Shown in pieces: positions 1 to 15,520 of a DNA stretch of 64,000 nucleotides. Below the pieces are notes generated by a model. It was not told the origin of the DNA and did no database searches. It was given only the letters and a program-made list of their open reading frames with translations. The position numbers were made by a program, and so were the translations under genes. This DNA is from the human T2T-CHM13v2.0 reference genome, Homo sapiens, in NCBI RefSeq assembly GCF_009914755.1, contig NC_060939.1. The stretch is one strand, 5' to 3'. The stretch's first letter is position 1; the number at the start of each line of letters is the position of its first letter.

Positions 1-99
1 GGCTGACATTGATTCTCCTGCATTACTTTTTTTTTTTTTTTTTTTAAACATTCTTTCTTCCAGATAAAGTAGAATTACTTTATCATATTTCTTTTCCTC

Positions 100-830
100 G
101 CTCCTGTACCCCATTTGCACATCTTTCTGAGAATTTGGGTGAGATTTCTTTAAAGTTATAGATTAAGTTAGGGAGAATTTATTTACAATATTTAATATAA
201 CCATTCTAGGAACTGTATTTTCAAATCTTCTTTTATGTTCCTCAGCAATTTAATGGGTTTCCTACAATTCCTGCATATTTTTTGCTAATTCCCATGTTGG
301 TTGTTATTATTACTGCTATTATAAAAAGAGATCTTTTTTTCTGTTATATTTTCAAAGTATTTATTGTTGGTTTACTTAAAAACTAGTTATTTTTAATATT
401 TATTTCATAGCTAAATTCATATATTGGTTCTATTAGCTTTTTAGATGATTTATTGGTATTTCTATGTTGACAGTTTTGAGTTTTAGGTATGTCATATAAA
501 TTATATTACCCTAATACTTTTGTCATTTATTTCTTGTTCTACTACCTAGAACTTTGTAAACAGCGTTAAACAATGCAGGCACTAGTGGACATATTTGACT
601 TGCTCCTTATGTTAATGAGAATACTGCTACTGTTATAACATTATTATAATGTTGCTATTAATTTTGATAGAATATTATATCAATGATGTATTTCTATATT
701 TCTCTTACTGGATTTTTTTTTAGAAATGGATTTTGAATTATATCAAAATTCTTTTTGACATCTCTCAGGGTTATATTTTTTTCCTTTAACTCATATGTCA
801 CCATTAGGTTTTTAAAATCCTTTTAAATAT
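100..830 (-). mobile_element. Old, degraded L1M fragment
   Basis: T-rich sequence resembling antisense L1 ORF2 (e.g. GCACTAGTGGACATATTTGACTTGCTCC); highly diverged. Confidence 0.5.
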
Positions 831-1410
831 TTTATTTCTAGTGTACCTTGGAGTTCCCTTTTTCCTCCTTTTTGGGGAAAGTTTTGAAAATGTTTTGTTT
901 TTGTGTATGAAAAGAATAGCTCACCAAGGAAGAAGGGGAGTGTTTTTGGTGAAATAGGAAAGAAGTCTGAAACTGTAGGAGAGGAGGGGAATATGGCCGC
1001 TGATAAAAAGCACTAGAGGAGGGGGGAAATACTCTTCCATAGGAAGGCTTCCAGCTACAAAGATTTGAAGACATTTTTCTGGGGAAGTAAAACACTAAAT
1101 CAGCATTATTTTCCAAAGCCCAGAAAATAACTTAATAGATTGTTTTTAAATTACTGTTTTAATTCAGCTTGTGAAGATATTCTGAATAGTTCATGTAGAA
1201 TATCTTACTATTTTGCAGATACTTTTGTATAAATAGTTGCCAGTGAGAAATGTTGCAACTGTGTCTTTTCAAATGAAGTAAATAGGAGAGCTAGTATAGC
1301 GCCTGAAAGAAGTAAGTGAGTTATATTGTAACTTCTTGCTCTACCTCAGGGTAAGCACTCCTTTTAGCATTTATTAAACTCTCATTATTTGTAGAGAAAT
1401 TATTTAGATG

Positions 1411-1639
1411 TAGGTTGAGTATTCCTAATCTGAAAATCTGAAACACAAGATGCTCTAAAATTCAAAACAGGATGCTCAAAGGAGATACTTGTTTGAGCAT
1501 TTCAGACTTCAGATTTTCAGATTAGGGATGCTGAACTGGTAAGTATAATGCAGATATTCCAAAATCTGGAAGAAAAAAAAAATTCAGAGTCCAAAATACT
1601 TATAGTCCCAAGCATTTCGGATCAGGGATACTCAACTTG
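1411..1639. mobile_element. Tigger4a/MER46A-like MITE (TcMar-Tigger)
   Basis: Terminal inverted repeats AGGTTGAGTATTCCT and AGGGATACTCAACTTG followed by TA; ~230 bp. Confidence 0.8.
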
Positions 1640-2237
1640 TACTAGTGTAAGGGGCACATAATGAATAGAGTATATTTCAATTACAGAGAAATTATCTCAT
1701 GAACTTGACAAATAATTTTTAAGACTTTTGAAAAAGCAATAAACAAAACTATCAGTATAATATAATATAATATAGTATAATATATATCAGTAGTTGGAAT
1801 TAGTATTTGAAGGATTAGCAGGAACAATAAAATACTGTCTACCTAGAAAAGAATCTCTGTCACTATTAAGCTTTGGCGGGGTTTTTTTTGCTGCTGAACC
1901 TCTTTCATATGATGTAAAAATTTCATTTTATATTACCAGTACAAGTGGCATTTGTTAGTACCACATTCTTTTTGCTGCTTTTATTTTATTTTTCTATTTG
2001 CTTACATGTTTCAACTAGAGTGAGCATACCTTTTCACTGAACTTGTTGCAGTTTCTGCTTGATCTCTTCTTAAATATTTATATAAAGCCTTAGGGTAATT
2101 CCAAGTTCTGAAGATTCAAGTTGTCAATACATAGTTTCACATTGTTAATTAGCATTTCTCCAGTTTCTGTCATACTTGAAGCATTAAGCAAGTAAATAAT
2201 AATGGTGAATAAGATTTTTTTCTAAAAGAAGCTTTCC

Positions 2238-2615
<378 letters not shown>

Positions 2616-2641
2616 TCAGATTAGTATGTTGTATGCTCTAA

Positions 2642-2963
<322 letters not shown>

Positions 2964-3999
2964 GGGAAAGTTTTAATGTTACTTGTTCCTCATTAATGTG
3001 AAATTTATTAATGAAGGTAAATTCGCTTTTTTGACACTTCTTTTTCCTCCCTCTCAGAAAATGTGTAGCATGTAAACACAGATAGCTTTCCGAACTTTAA
3101 ATAAAAATATGACCTTCCAGAGAGTATTGTAGTATATTTTCTGTCAAAAGAGGGGAGTGCATTAAGTTCCATGTCTTAATATTCCCACCCTTTCCCTTTG
3201 GTTTCTAGTGTCTGCTCTGTCATCAAGCAGTTGCCTAATCATGAGCAGATTGCATAATCTTTTTGTGCCTCAGTTTCATCAGCCCTTCACTTAGAAAAAT
3301 ACCTATCCTACCTGTGTCTTAATAGGCCTTGTGCAAAGTTTAAATGAAGTAGGCAGCGTATGTTAAGAATGCTTTGAAAAATGTGTGTAGCTATAAAATA
3401 CAAGATGGCAGCAATTATTTTTCCTTTTACTTCTTTTCAAGTCTCTTGATCTTCCTCTTGATCCCAGCACCAAATAGAAACTGATCCTTCTCATTTAGAT
3501 CTCCTTCCTACCCTTCGTGAACCTCAGCCGTCTTTTCTTTCTCTTACCCAACCATGTACCCTTCACTTAGTCTTAGCTTGTTGATTAACTGTTTTTTTTT
3601 GGTTTTGGCTTTTCTTTTTTTTTTTTTTTTTGGTCCCCTTCTACCTCTGTCATCTCTGGGTAGTCTGTCTGCTGGTAATGGATATTCATCTGTTCATTTG
3701 CCAAACCAGCAGCTTCTGTTTGAAAACCTTCTTTAATATTCCCTCTGCTTGTTGTGATAATGGCCCAAGTATAATCTTTTCAAGAGCTACTTGAAGGCAT
3801 AGAGAAAGGTTAAAAGGTATAAATTAGGAAGCCCATCTCATTTGTCATTTAAAAAAAATAGATACTATTTTAGATATATCTGTTACCTACTAAATATGGT
3901 TTATAGCTTTGACATCTTATTGTCTTTGGCTTATACTTAGTCTTAACAGTATTCTTTCATGTAAGTGCCTTAAATTCATTAGCTTCAAGTATAGGTAAT

Positions 4000-4210
4000 A
4001 TTAAATCCAAGACAGACCTGGGTTTAAATTCTAGGTTTGTTACTTGAAAATTGCAAAATTAGGGCAAGTTCTTTTACTTCTCTGTACTTCAGTATCCTCA
4101 TCCATAAAAACAGGTTTATGATCATCTCAGCAGCTTTTTGGTCAGGATTAAATGAATTACTGTTCATGAAAACACCTAAGACTGCTTGACACACAGTAGG
4201 TGTTTTAAGA
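4000..4210 (+). mobile_element. MIR
   Basis: GACCTGGGTTTAAATTC...GGGCAAGTT...CTTCTCTGTACTTCAGTATCCTCATCCATAAAA core. Confidence 0.7.
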
Positions 4211-4304
4211 AGTGTTAGTTTTCTTTCCCTATCATGGTGAGATTAAAATAGATGTACTATTTACTTACATATGTTGTTTGTTTTCTACATCTTTTTTTTT
4301 CCAG

Positions 4305-4410
4305 AACTATTCCATGGCAGTATATCTTGTAAAACAGTTGTCCTCAACAGTTCTTCTTCAGAGGTTACGAGCAAAGGGAATAAGGAATCCGGATCATTCT
4401 AGAGCTTTAA
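4305..4410 (+). CDS. PIAS1: PIAS1 coding exon (~exon 7), end of PINIT domain
   Basis: ttttccag acceptor and gtacgt donor; 106 nt; NYSMAVYLVKQLSSTVLLQRLRAKGIRNPDHSRAL matches PIAS1. Confidence 0.97.
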
Positions 4411-7136
4411 GTACGTATGATAAACTTATTTCACTTATTCAGCTATTTTGTTAAAGGTTAGAGTAGTATTTTCTCAACTCAAGAAATTTTAGAATTTGTT
4501 TATTCACTGGAGCCTGTTGTGTAGTTCTTAGAGTAGTTCTGATATCTTTGTCATGAGCTATATTTTATAATCTATATTTTACTAATCTTAAAATTAACTT
4601 TGTGAAGTCAGTGCACAAACATGGAAGAATATTATTCTACAACTTCATAAAATCAATGTTTAAGGAATTCTGGGAAATGGGAAGGGCATCTTGGCATAAA
4701 TTTCAAGAAAGTTATTTTAGATTGGTGGTTTATCCAGGAAAAATGTACAGAATTATATCATGGCCTCACCCCCTGCATTTACAAAGTGAAGAGAGCCAGT
4801 GGGGTGGTAGAAATAATAATTCTGCCATTAATCAATTATATGACTGTGGACAAGTAACGCTGCTCCTGAGTTTCATCTTCCTCATCTGTAACAAGAAGTT
4901 TATGCCGTCTGATTTCTAATGCTTCTGCGAAGTCTGGGTTCATACGTGTGAATTACTGGATGGTTTGTTTTGATACGTTGAATTTGAGATTCAAGGTCTT
5001 CAAATGGGGCTGTGCTGACCTCTGTTTTTAAGGGTTAAGGTCAGAGGGTTTGGCCTTTCCAAAGAGGTGAACTAAGTTCTTCGTTTATTCTTTTATTTGT
5101 GAGAGCCGGGGGCTGCGTGGATTTAGGAGTGAGGGCTGGGGACTTAGAAACAAAACTTTTATAGGCAGGTGTTAGATAGCTATCCTTTAAGGACTTTTGA
5201 TGTGAACTGATTAATGAAGCCCATTATCAGATTTGTACTTAGGAACACTCTGGTGGAAAGAACTAAGATAATAGCAGCTTTCCTTTTGTAGCATAGCTAT
5301 TACCCCTTTCTGTAACTTATTTCTGTGGCAGAGTAAAAGATCCCACTACCCCTGAATATCAATATACCCTTAATAGTTCATTGAAGAATTTTTCTGTATT
5401 AAAATGGTCCTTTAAAAATGCAGCTAATCCTGAATCAATGGGAGCACACTTTGGCTAATGCCTCTGTAGGCATGCATTGACAGATGATGGAGACCTAGAA
5501 GGGCAGCACTGATTTGGGATCTGCGGGAGTGGTGGCACCATTTGGCAGGGATAAGAAGATGGTAGGGATCCTGAAAGAAAAGACAGACATCTGCCTTGAA
5601 GGAGAGTATAAGATAACTTGTCTTCTATCACAATCTTGCTGAAGTTATTCCTGGTCATTCTACTGAGAATCTTCGTATTTGCCTCACAATACTAGAATCT
5701 CAGCCAGTCAGAAAGCAAAGAATTATGTGAGCCTGTATGGAAGAGGGAATACCAAGAAATAAGGCAGATGAAGTTATTTTATTTAATAGTAACAGCAACA
5801 ACAACAATAAGGCCAACTGTCTTTGCTCAAGCTGTTAACTCTTCTCCGCTTGTAGCTATAGCACCACCTGGAGGGAGAGTGGGAACGTGAGTCTGGAATT
5901 GAATTATTTTATTTTCTCCGAGAAACCACTATTAGCTACCATTAAGCAGCAAAAACTGTTTAATTCAAAAGCTATTTCTAGTCTGATATACTGATGGATG
6001 TGGAGAATAATTGTACACTGGATGAGATTTTTGTGGAAATTGATACCTTACCTTACTTATTGGCCAGGGAAGCCAATGGAATATTAATTTGGATCCCACC
6101 AGTAAGAAATTTGTTGTAATTTACTAAAAAACAGGTTATCTACCTTTACCTGTATGCTGCCTGTAAAAAAAAAAAAAAAACAAAAAACCAAAAACTTTCC
6201 CAACAAATTATGTAATTAAAATTCTGTTTACAATAACTTGACAAAAGGAAATGTCAGGTATTTTAAAAGAGTCAAATCAGTTACAAATATGTTCTTTGTA
6301 AGTCATTCTTAATAAAATAAGTACTTCTAGCAAAGTTTTAGTAGTCAAGCCAGACACTCTTATGTTCTTGAAAGAATAAAGTTGGTATTATTTAGACTTT
6401 TCACAGAGAACTCCATTCTCTGAATCATTTGATTTAGTAGGATTTTGTCTTGCAGTTTCTGCCTTTGTGTAGAGTTGTCCCCTCACAACTATGAAAAACA
6501 GTCTTTTACCAACTCTTAATCAAGTTTCTTTCTCCTCTTCCTTCTCCCTTCAGCAGTTATTTCAAGCCTTAGCCATAATCTAATCAAACACTATCCCCCT
6601 CTCTCAGCACTCTGCCAATGCATGAAAATTGGGGCTACAAGACATGAATTACCTAAACCACCCATTTCTTCCTTAATCTCAGTGCCACCATAATTACTTT
6701 TTTAGCTTATCTACATTTGTGCCCAGTCCTCGCTTTATTTTGTTCAGTGTCAAGAGGAAATCTCCCTTTCCCTGCTTATTCATTTATTCTTTTCATTCAA
6801 GAAATTGTGTTAAGAGTCTACTGTGTTCCAGGAACAGGAGAATATAACATTAAACAAGACACATACCATCTCTGCATCCCCCAGAAGTTTGCAGTCTGGT
6901 AAGAAAGACAGGCATTAAATAATTGCACAAGTCATTAATGAGTTAAAGTTTTGACATGTGCCTTGAAGAAGATAGACAGGGAACTCTGTAGAGGTACAAT
7001 AGGGGAACGTAGTCCTCTCTGATACTGTGATACTTAAGGCAAGATTATAAGTATGAGGAGAAGTTAAGCTCCAAGATGGGAACAGAGTATGCCAGGAGAA
7101 AAGGCCAGTGCAGCTGGAATAGAGAGAGCCAAGAAG

Positions 7137-7597
<461 letters not shown>

Positions 7598-8872
7598 TCA
7601 CTTTGAAGACGAATCAAAGGAAGGCAAGGCTAATGCAGTGAGGCCAGTTGAGAACCTGTTTGTAATAGTATACGTAAGAGATGATAATGTCTTGAACTAA
7701 GGTGATAGTGGTAGATAGAAGTTGACAGTTTTGAGAAGCATTGAAATGGCATTGACTGTGTGTGTGGAGTGATGAGTCCAAGGAGGAGTGCTAAGCTTCT
7801 TACTCAAGCACTAGGTAACATGGTAATGCCATTTACTGAAACAGAAAACTGTGTTGAAAAGATCAGATTGCAGGGGGGAGATCAGAGTGGACTGTTAGAC
7901 TTGTGGTGTTTGAGATGGGATGAGACATCCAGGTAGAGATGCTTGGTAACAGTATTATGAGACCTGGCTCCCTCATATATCTGCTCTTTGTCCTGTGTTT
8001 TCAGTTCCTCTCTGTCTGCAGGCTTTTTCTGTCACTCTGTGCTGTCAAGACTCTTTTATCTTTTAAAAAATAGGAAAACAAGCTCCTCTATGGATAGAGC
8101 TCTGTGTTCCTCCCATTGTTCTCATCCTAATTTTTGTGAGAGTAGTCTACACTTGATCTTTTTACCTCCTCACTGCATCTCATTATGGTCTTTAACCCTC
8201 TATCATTCCACTGAAATTGCTCTTTCAGATGTCACAAATGATGATCTGATTGCTAAATTTAAAGTGTATATTTTCAGTTTTCATCCTGAATACTTCTGCT
8301 GCATTTGATATGAACCACTTTCTCCTTGAAATTCTCTCCTTTCTTCTCTGACCATATCTTCTCAATCACCTGCCTTCAATGGATTCTCTTAAGGGAAGCA
8401 TTCTAAATGTGGCTGTTCTTGGAGTTTTATCTTGGGTGCACTTTTCTACGCACCCTTATGGTTTAAAACTAACACCCACCCCAAAATACATGTCTTCATC
8501 TCAGACCTCTCCCCTGCGTTTCAGACTTATATAGCTAACTACCTTCACCTAAGCATTTCACTGGTTCCTCAAATTCAAGTATTTAAAACTGAACTCACCA
8601 ACTCCTGTCAAACTTACTCCCTAAATATTTCTCAAATGTGCCTTCTGTCTATCATGCTATCATTGCCCTTGTTTAAGCTCTCATATCCTGCTTTTATTTT
8701 AAAAACCATTCTTAGATAAAACATCCCTCTCCTTGACGCCTTTTTCTATCTCCTCTGGTAGCCTCCTAAGTGATTTATACAGATCTAAAATCTTACCATT
8801 CTCATTCCCTTGCATTTCATGGCTTCTTAACACCAAGGGAATAAAAACTCCAAGTATGTTAGCATGACACAC

Positions 8873-9002
8873 AAACTTTCCATCATGTGGCACCTGCTTA
8901 TTACTTTCCAGGGTCGCCTGTATTCACTCTGCTTTTTAAACTTTCCATGACGTGGCACCTGCTTATTACTTTCCAGGGTCGCCTGTATTTACTCTTCTTT
9001 TC
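8873..9002. repeat. 65-bp tandem duplication
   Basis: GTGGCACCTGCTTATTACTTTCCAGGGTCGCCTGTATT identical at 8887 and 8952. Confidence 0.95.
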
Positions 9003-9541
9003 ATACTTCACATTCCATTCCAAAAATATGGAACTCTTTAGTCTTTCTTCAGTGCTTTAGTTTTGTGCTCTATGCCTCAAAACTCCCCTGCTGCCTTCTC
9101 TGCCTAATGTCATTATCCTTTGTTTCACTTTTTTCCAGGAGACATCCCAGAACCCCCAAAATTGATGAGTTGACTTTTGGTTAGCTTCCTGAACATACTC
9201 CATCAGAGTGCATTAGAGATGATCTCACTGAACATCTTTACCCTCTACTAGATTATGAGTTCTTTGGAGGAGGAATTTAATCTTATTTTTTTTCTTGAAT
9301 TCCTATTGCTCAGCACAGTGCCACATACATAGTAGATCTGCATATTTTTGAAGTAAACTGATGAAAAGACAGCTACAGAAAAAAATCAGGTCTTGGTGCC
9401 TGTTTCTTTGCTTATAAAATGAAATATTGATCTTAATATGTTTGATTGTTTTCGGCCTTAAAATTTTAAAAGGCTGAATTAAAATAACCTGATATTAATG
9501 AAGGATAGAAATTATCTTGAAATAATAACAACCCCAGAACA

Positions 9542-9712
9542 CCAGTAATAGAACAATCTGTGATAATGGAAGTGTTCTCTATCTGCACTGTCCCATATGG
9601 TAGCCACCAGCAACATGTGGCTATTGAGCACTTAAAATGTGGCTAGTTTAACGGATGAGCTGAATTTTTATTTAAATTTAAATACAGCGTCATGTGAGTA
9701 GTGGCTAACTCC
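9542..9712. mobile_element. MER3-like hAT-Charlie MITE
   Basis: CTGCACTGTCCCATATGGTAGCCACCAGCAACATGTGGCTATTGAGCACTTAAAATGTGGCTAGT. Confidence 0.75.
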
Positions 9713-10069
9713 TGTAGCTCATGACAACAGGGATTAAAAACAAGATTAATTCTGCTCCCCAAATCGACTTATTGGGTAAAACAAGATTAATTTTAAATGT
9801 GACTAGCTGTAACTTTATTATAGTCATATAATAAAATACTGTTAGCACTGCAGATCACTGTAACAATGTGAAAACTTTAACTCCCAGAGAACTTCCCACA
9901 TGTTGACTGATTACTGCAGGACAAATATTATATGTCTTATTTTTATTTTTTATTCCCTTGCTCACAAGTAATAAGTGCTTCTACTTTTACTTTATTTTTT
10001 CTTCATACTTTCTTATGATTAAATATAGCATAGTGCTTTTCCCCTCCGTTTTCTCTCTTTCTTTTGAGA

Positions 10070-11295
10070 AAGTTTTTTAAAGTATAACTTATAGGCAATA
10101 AAAATTCCTTTGACAGATGTATACAATCATGAACCACTGCCACAATCAAAATATAGAACATCCTTTACCCCAGAAAGTTCATCTGTGGCCTTTTGCATTC
10201 CATCCCATCCTTTTACCATTGATGTGATTTCTGCTCTGTAGTTTTGTCTTTTCCAGAATGTCAGGTAAATGCAATCCTACAATATGTAGCCTTTTGCGTC
10301 TGGCTTCTTTCACTTAGTATAATGCTTTTGAAGTTCATCCATGTAGTTTGTTCTTTATTGCTGCGTAGTATTTCATTTATGTACTATAATTTATCCATTT
10401 GATAAATGATGGACATTTATCCATCTGATAAATTGATGGACATTTGGATTATTTCCAGTTTTGCAGCAATATGAATAAAGCTGCTGTAAACATTTACATT
10501 TTGCATATGGATACCTCAGTTTTGTAGACATATGTTTTCATTTCTCTTGGGTAAATACCTAGGAGTGGGATTGCTGGGTCATATGATAAGTATATATGGA
10601 AAACAGTTTGGCAATTTCTTTTAAAGTAAATATACCATTTTTGCATTCCCACTAACAATGTGTGAGATTTCAAGTGGCTCCACATCCTTACCAGCATATG
10701 GTATCATCAGGCTGCTTTATTGTAGCCATCGTGATTGGTATGTAGTGGTATTTCTTTGTGCATTTTTCTGATGTCTAAGGATGTTAAGCATCTTCTCAGG
10801 TGCTTATTTGCCATTCTTATAGCTTCTTTGATGAAGTATCTGCCAAATTTTTTGCCCATTTTTTAATGTCATGCTTTTGATATATTATGAAATCTTTGCC
10901 TAAATGAAAGTCACAAACACTCTCTTCTATTTTTCTTCTAGAAATTTTATTGTTTGAGCTCTTGGATCTAGGTCTGTGATTCATTTTGAGTTAATTTTTG
11001 TATATGCAAGGTGAGAGTAGAGATTCATTTTTTCCCCCACATAGATATCGAAATATTCCAACAGCATTTGTTGAAAAGACTGTCTTTCCTTCCATTTCAT
11101 TACCTTGGCACCTTTATCAAAAACCAATTGACCATAGATGTATAAATCTATTTCCGGACGTTATTCTTTTCCATTGACCTGTATGTCTATCCTTATGCCA
11201 AACGAGTCTTAATTACCGTAGCTTGATAGTAAGTCTTGAAATCAGTTAGAATTCTCCAATTTTGTTTTTCTTTTTCAGAATTGTTTTGAATGTTG
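10070..11295 (-). mobile_element. L1M (L1MA/MB-like) 3' segment
   Basis: Antisense L1 3'UTR and ORF2 end; ORF 10494-10697 resembles the L1 ORF2 C-terminus (YDPAIPLLGIYPREMKTY). Confidence 0.9.
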
Positions 11296-11314
11296 TTAAG
11301 TCCAGTAGGTGAAA

Positions 11315-12260
11315 CAATACATGGTGACCAAACAGAATTTATTTCTGTAATACGAAGTTGGTTTCAGCATTCAAATGCTGAAATATAATTCACCTTCTCA
11401 ACAAACTAAAAATGAAAAATCATATGATCATCTCCAGAGATGCAGAAAAAGCACTTGGCCAAATTCAACATCCATTCATGATAAAACTGTCAGCAAAATC
11501 GAGAAGGGAGCTGCCTCAGTGTAATAAAGAGTATTTACAAAAAGTCTACACTACAGCTGATATCATCACTAATGGTCTAAAACTTGAATGCTTCACTCCT
11601 AAGATTGAGAACAAGGCAAGGATATCTGCCCCTAGCGTTGCCCTAGAGATCCTAGACAGCACAATAAGACAAGGAAAAGTTTTAAAAAAGAAACCAACAC
11701 ACAGGTTAGAAATGAAGAAATAATTATAGTCTTTATTTACAAATGACCTTATGGTCTGCATAGAAAAAGATCCCAAAGAATCTCCAAAAAAGCTACTAGA
11801 AATACTATGTGAGTTTAGCAGAGTTAGAGAATGCATGGTCAATATACAAAAACAAATTGTATTTCTGTTAGTAATGAACAATTGGAAATTGAAATTCAAA
11901 AAAGATTTTACAGTAACATCCAAAAATATGAAACACGTGGGGATACATCACACAAACTATGTGCAAGATTTGTATGCCGAAAACTACAAAGCATGGTTGA
12001 GAAAAACTGAAAGAAGACCTGCATAAACGGAGAGATATATCTTGCTAAGAGATTGAAAGATTCTATTGTTGTATGTCAGTTCTCCAAATTAATCTGTAGA
12101 ATTAATCCAGTCTAATCAAGATCCCGGTAGGACCTTAAAAAATATCTTTACAAGAATAAAAGGACTAGGATTGGGTCTGTAATGGCAAAAGAGAAGGCAT
12201 AGGTTTTTTTTTTTTTTTAATAGAAATTGGCAAACATTCTAAAATAATTTCAGAAAATTC
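11315..12260 (+). mobile_element. L1 ORF2 reverse transcriptase segment, inverted relative to the adjacent piece
   Basis: KNHMIISRDAEKALGQIQHPFMIK and KKLLEILCEFSRV...NIQKQIVFL match L1 RT; frameshifted. Confidence 0.9.
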
Positions 12261-12366
12261 TCCCACCTCTGAGAGAAAGTGAATATATAAATCGTGTTTT
12301 ATTTTAAGTAACAATAGCTAATATTTATTGAGAATAATATTAGGCTATTTTAAAACTTTTTTTGTT

Positions 12367-12832
<466 letters not shown>

Positions 12833-13135
12833 TTACCGGATGATGTAACAGGCATAGAGAGGTTAAGTGATTTAACTGAGACTAAATTCTAAGCTAGGCT
12901 GTCCCTAGGTCCTATGCTCTTAACCACTACTTTATGTTGCCTCTCTTATTTCAATTTATTTTCTAAGCACTAAACACTGAGCTTTGTTTTGTATAAGGTT
13001 GATACTATGATCTATAATATTGCTTCATTTAAGTGGAAATTTAAATATGCAAAGTTCAAAGTCAGTTACTATGCCCATTGCTTGCTATGTCTATAAAGGG
13101 TGCTGGTGGGATGGTTGGTGAAGGCATGTAGAGTG

Positions 13136-13843
13136 GTTATTAGTCAGGGTTCTCCGGAGAAACTCTAGGAGGGGAAGGAGAGGGAGAGAGGAAAAGGAGA
13201 GAGAGAGATGAGAGAGAGTGAGTTAAGAGGAGATGTATTAGGGGAATTGGCTCACATGACTATGAAGGCTGAGAATGCCCACAATAGATAGGCCATCAGC
13301 AAGCTGGAGAACCAGCGAAGCCAGTAATGTGACTATTGAAGTCCAAGGGCCACAGATCCAGGAAGCCAACTCTCAATCTAAGGCCAAAGGCCTAAGAGGG
13401 GTGAGGAGAAGGGCTGATATGGTGGTACAAATCCCAGAGTCCCAAGCCCAGAGAACCTGGAATTCTTTCTTTTTAAAGATGGGGTCTTACTGTGTTGCCC
13501 AGACTGGTCTCAAACTCCTGGCCTCAAGCAATCCTCCTACCTCAGGCTCCCAAGTAGCTGGGATCACAGAAGTCCAAAGGCAGGAGAAGAAGGGTATCCC
13601 AGCTCAAGGAAAAAGAGAAAGTGAATTTATTTTCCTTTCCTCTGCCTTTTTGTTCTTTCCATGCCCTCCAGCTGATTTGATGGTGTCCGCCAAGATTGAG
13701 GGCACATCTTCCTCACTCATCCACAGACTGACACACCAGTCTCCTTTGGAAACACACTCGCAGACACTTTCAGAAATTATGCCTTGCCAGCTATGTAGGT
13801 AGCCCTTCGTTTAGTTAGTTGACACCTAAAATTAGCCAACACA
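13136..13843 (-). mobile_element. MLT2-family (ERVL) solo LTR with an Alu-monomer fragment at ~13465-13568
   Basis: TATTAGTCAGGGTTCTCC...GA-rich tract...GGAATTGGCTCACATGACTATGAAGGCTGAGAA...GACACCTAAAATTAGCCAACACA. Confidence 0.85.
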
Positions 13844-15446
13844 GTGAGTAATCACATTAGAATTCTATTTGCATGTTTATTTCATATGGCGATTATTTGT
13901 TGCCTTTAACAAAGATACTACTTTTTAAAATCATATTTATAAGAAAGGATTGACTAAGATTTGGTGTATAATGACAAAGGCATACTTTTTGTAATTTATA
14001 TATGGTATTCATTAGCATAGTGTTACAACTATATTTTCCAAACTAAAAACCAGAAGTTGTATGCCTTTTTTGTGTGTCAGGAGACAGCCTGTGAAATATA
14101 TTAAGACTTTGAAAATTTGGAATTTCCAGGCCATGAAATGACTTTTTAGTCTGGCATTAGAATCATATCTGGAGCTTTTAAAAAACTACCAATTGGTGTC
14201 CCTCTTTTCATTCTGATTCAGGAAGCTCTGTAGGTAGGTCTGATGTGCACCTTACTTGAGATCCACTAATTTATGGAAATAGTTGGATAGGATCTCCAGG
14301 ATTTGGACCATCTAAAAAAATCCAGACTAAAATCCAGGGGACTGTGTTTAATAAAGGTAGGATTTCTCATAAATGGTTATCAGAACAGTAGACTCTGAAA
14401 TTGTAACTTACCCGAGTACTTCTCCCTCTCTTCGTTTTCTTTTCTATATGGTGTCTTATCTGGTCACACTTAGTTGTACCACAGCTCAGAACTTCTGTTG
14501 ACTGTGTATACAGCTACCCAACTTACGGCCCCTTTGTACAATATAGACTTTAAAGTTATTATGGGACAGTTTCTAAAATTGTTGGAATATTACATATATG
14601 TATTTCCTGTCTCACCCCCTATAATGTTTTTTCTTGTTACTGTTATTGAAGTTTTCAGAGGTAACAGCTAAGGTTTCCAGATGAGAAGTATAAAGAGTCT
14701 TTCATATCAGACTGAAAGAGAATGAAAGAACAGCCTTGGAAAAGTAAAATTACTAGTGTCTCCTCCCTTAAGAACCATAAGAAGTTTGAAGTGAAAAGAC
14801 TTAAAGATTATCTAGTGTGGGTTCCAATTTTACTACAAGTAAAATTAAGCTGAGAAAGGAGGATTGACTTGCCTAAGAGGGCACAAGTATTTTATAGAGA
14901 AATAGATTAAAATTCAAATAATTGTATAGTTAAAAAAAAGAAATAGGACTCTTTTCATAATTTGAAGTTTGAATTAAGCTGTTTTACAGTAAATATTTTT
15001 ATTTTCTGAGCTTTCAAAAATGTATAAATGTTATTCTTATTATTAATGTCCTCGAAAGTAGAAGAGCCCAAGTAATATTAGTCATAGTTTAAAAGAAAGA
15101 AAACCTTGATCCAATATCTTAGAGTTATAAAAGAAAAAGGGTCTACCATTAGTTGAATATGTCAACATATTAGAGAAATTTCTCTCATATTGCTGCAGGT
15201 TTTTGTCCCCTGAGTGAGAAATAGGAAATTTATAGGAAACATAGTCATTCTACAGATAAACAATTGTTTTCCATCCTTTGCTTATAGAATTAAAAGCCAT
15301 ATGGTTGTTTTTATCTTTCCATTCAATTGATTGGGAAATAATTGAACAGATTTGTTTAAGCTTTTTATTCTTTATAGTAATGCTCCAGTAATGTATCTTT
15401 AATAAAACTCTGTTTGCTTTTTTTCTTCTTCTTCAATGAATATCAG

Positions 15447-15520
15447 TTAAAGAGAAGTTGACTGCGGATCCAGACAGTGAAATAGCTACAACCAGCCTAA
15501 GGGTTTCTCTACTATGTCCA
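15447..15520 (+). CDS. PIAS1: PIAS1 coding exon (~exon 8), start of SP-RING
   Basis: tatcag acceptor and gtaagt donor; 74 nt; (I)KEKLTADPDSEIATTSLRVSLLCP; in phase with both neighbours; not in the ORF track. Confidence 0.96.

Noticed and set aside
838-1116. 92-aa antisense ORF in a purine-rich patch
   Set aside because: No recognisable homology, poly(A) tail or TSD to support a gene or retrocopy
10389-10445. ~26-bp tandem duplication in L1; similar short doublets at 44097-44124 and 46980-47014
   Set aside because: Two-copy slippage events with no spacer structure or functional clue
13275-13802. 175-aa ORF
   Set aside because: Lies entirely within the MLT2 LTR and an Alu fragment
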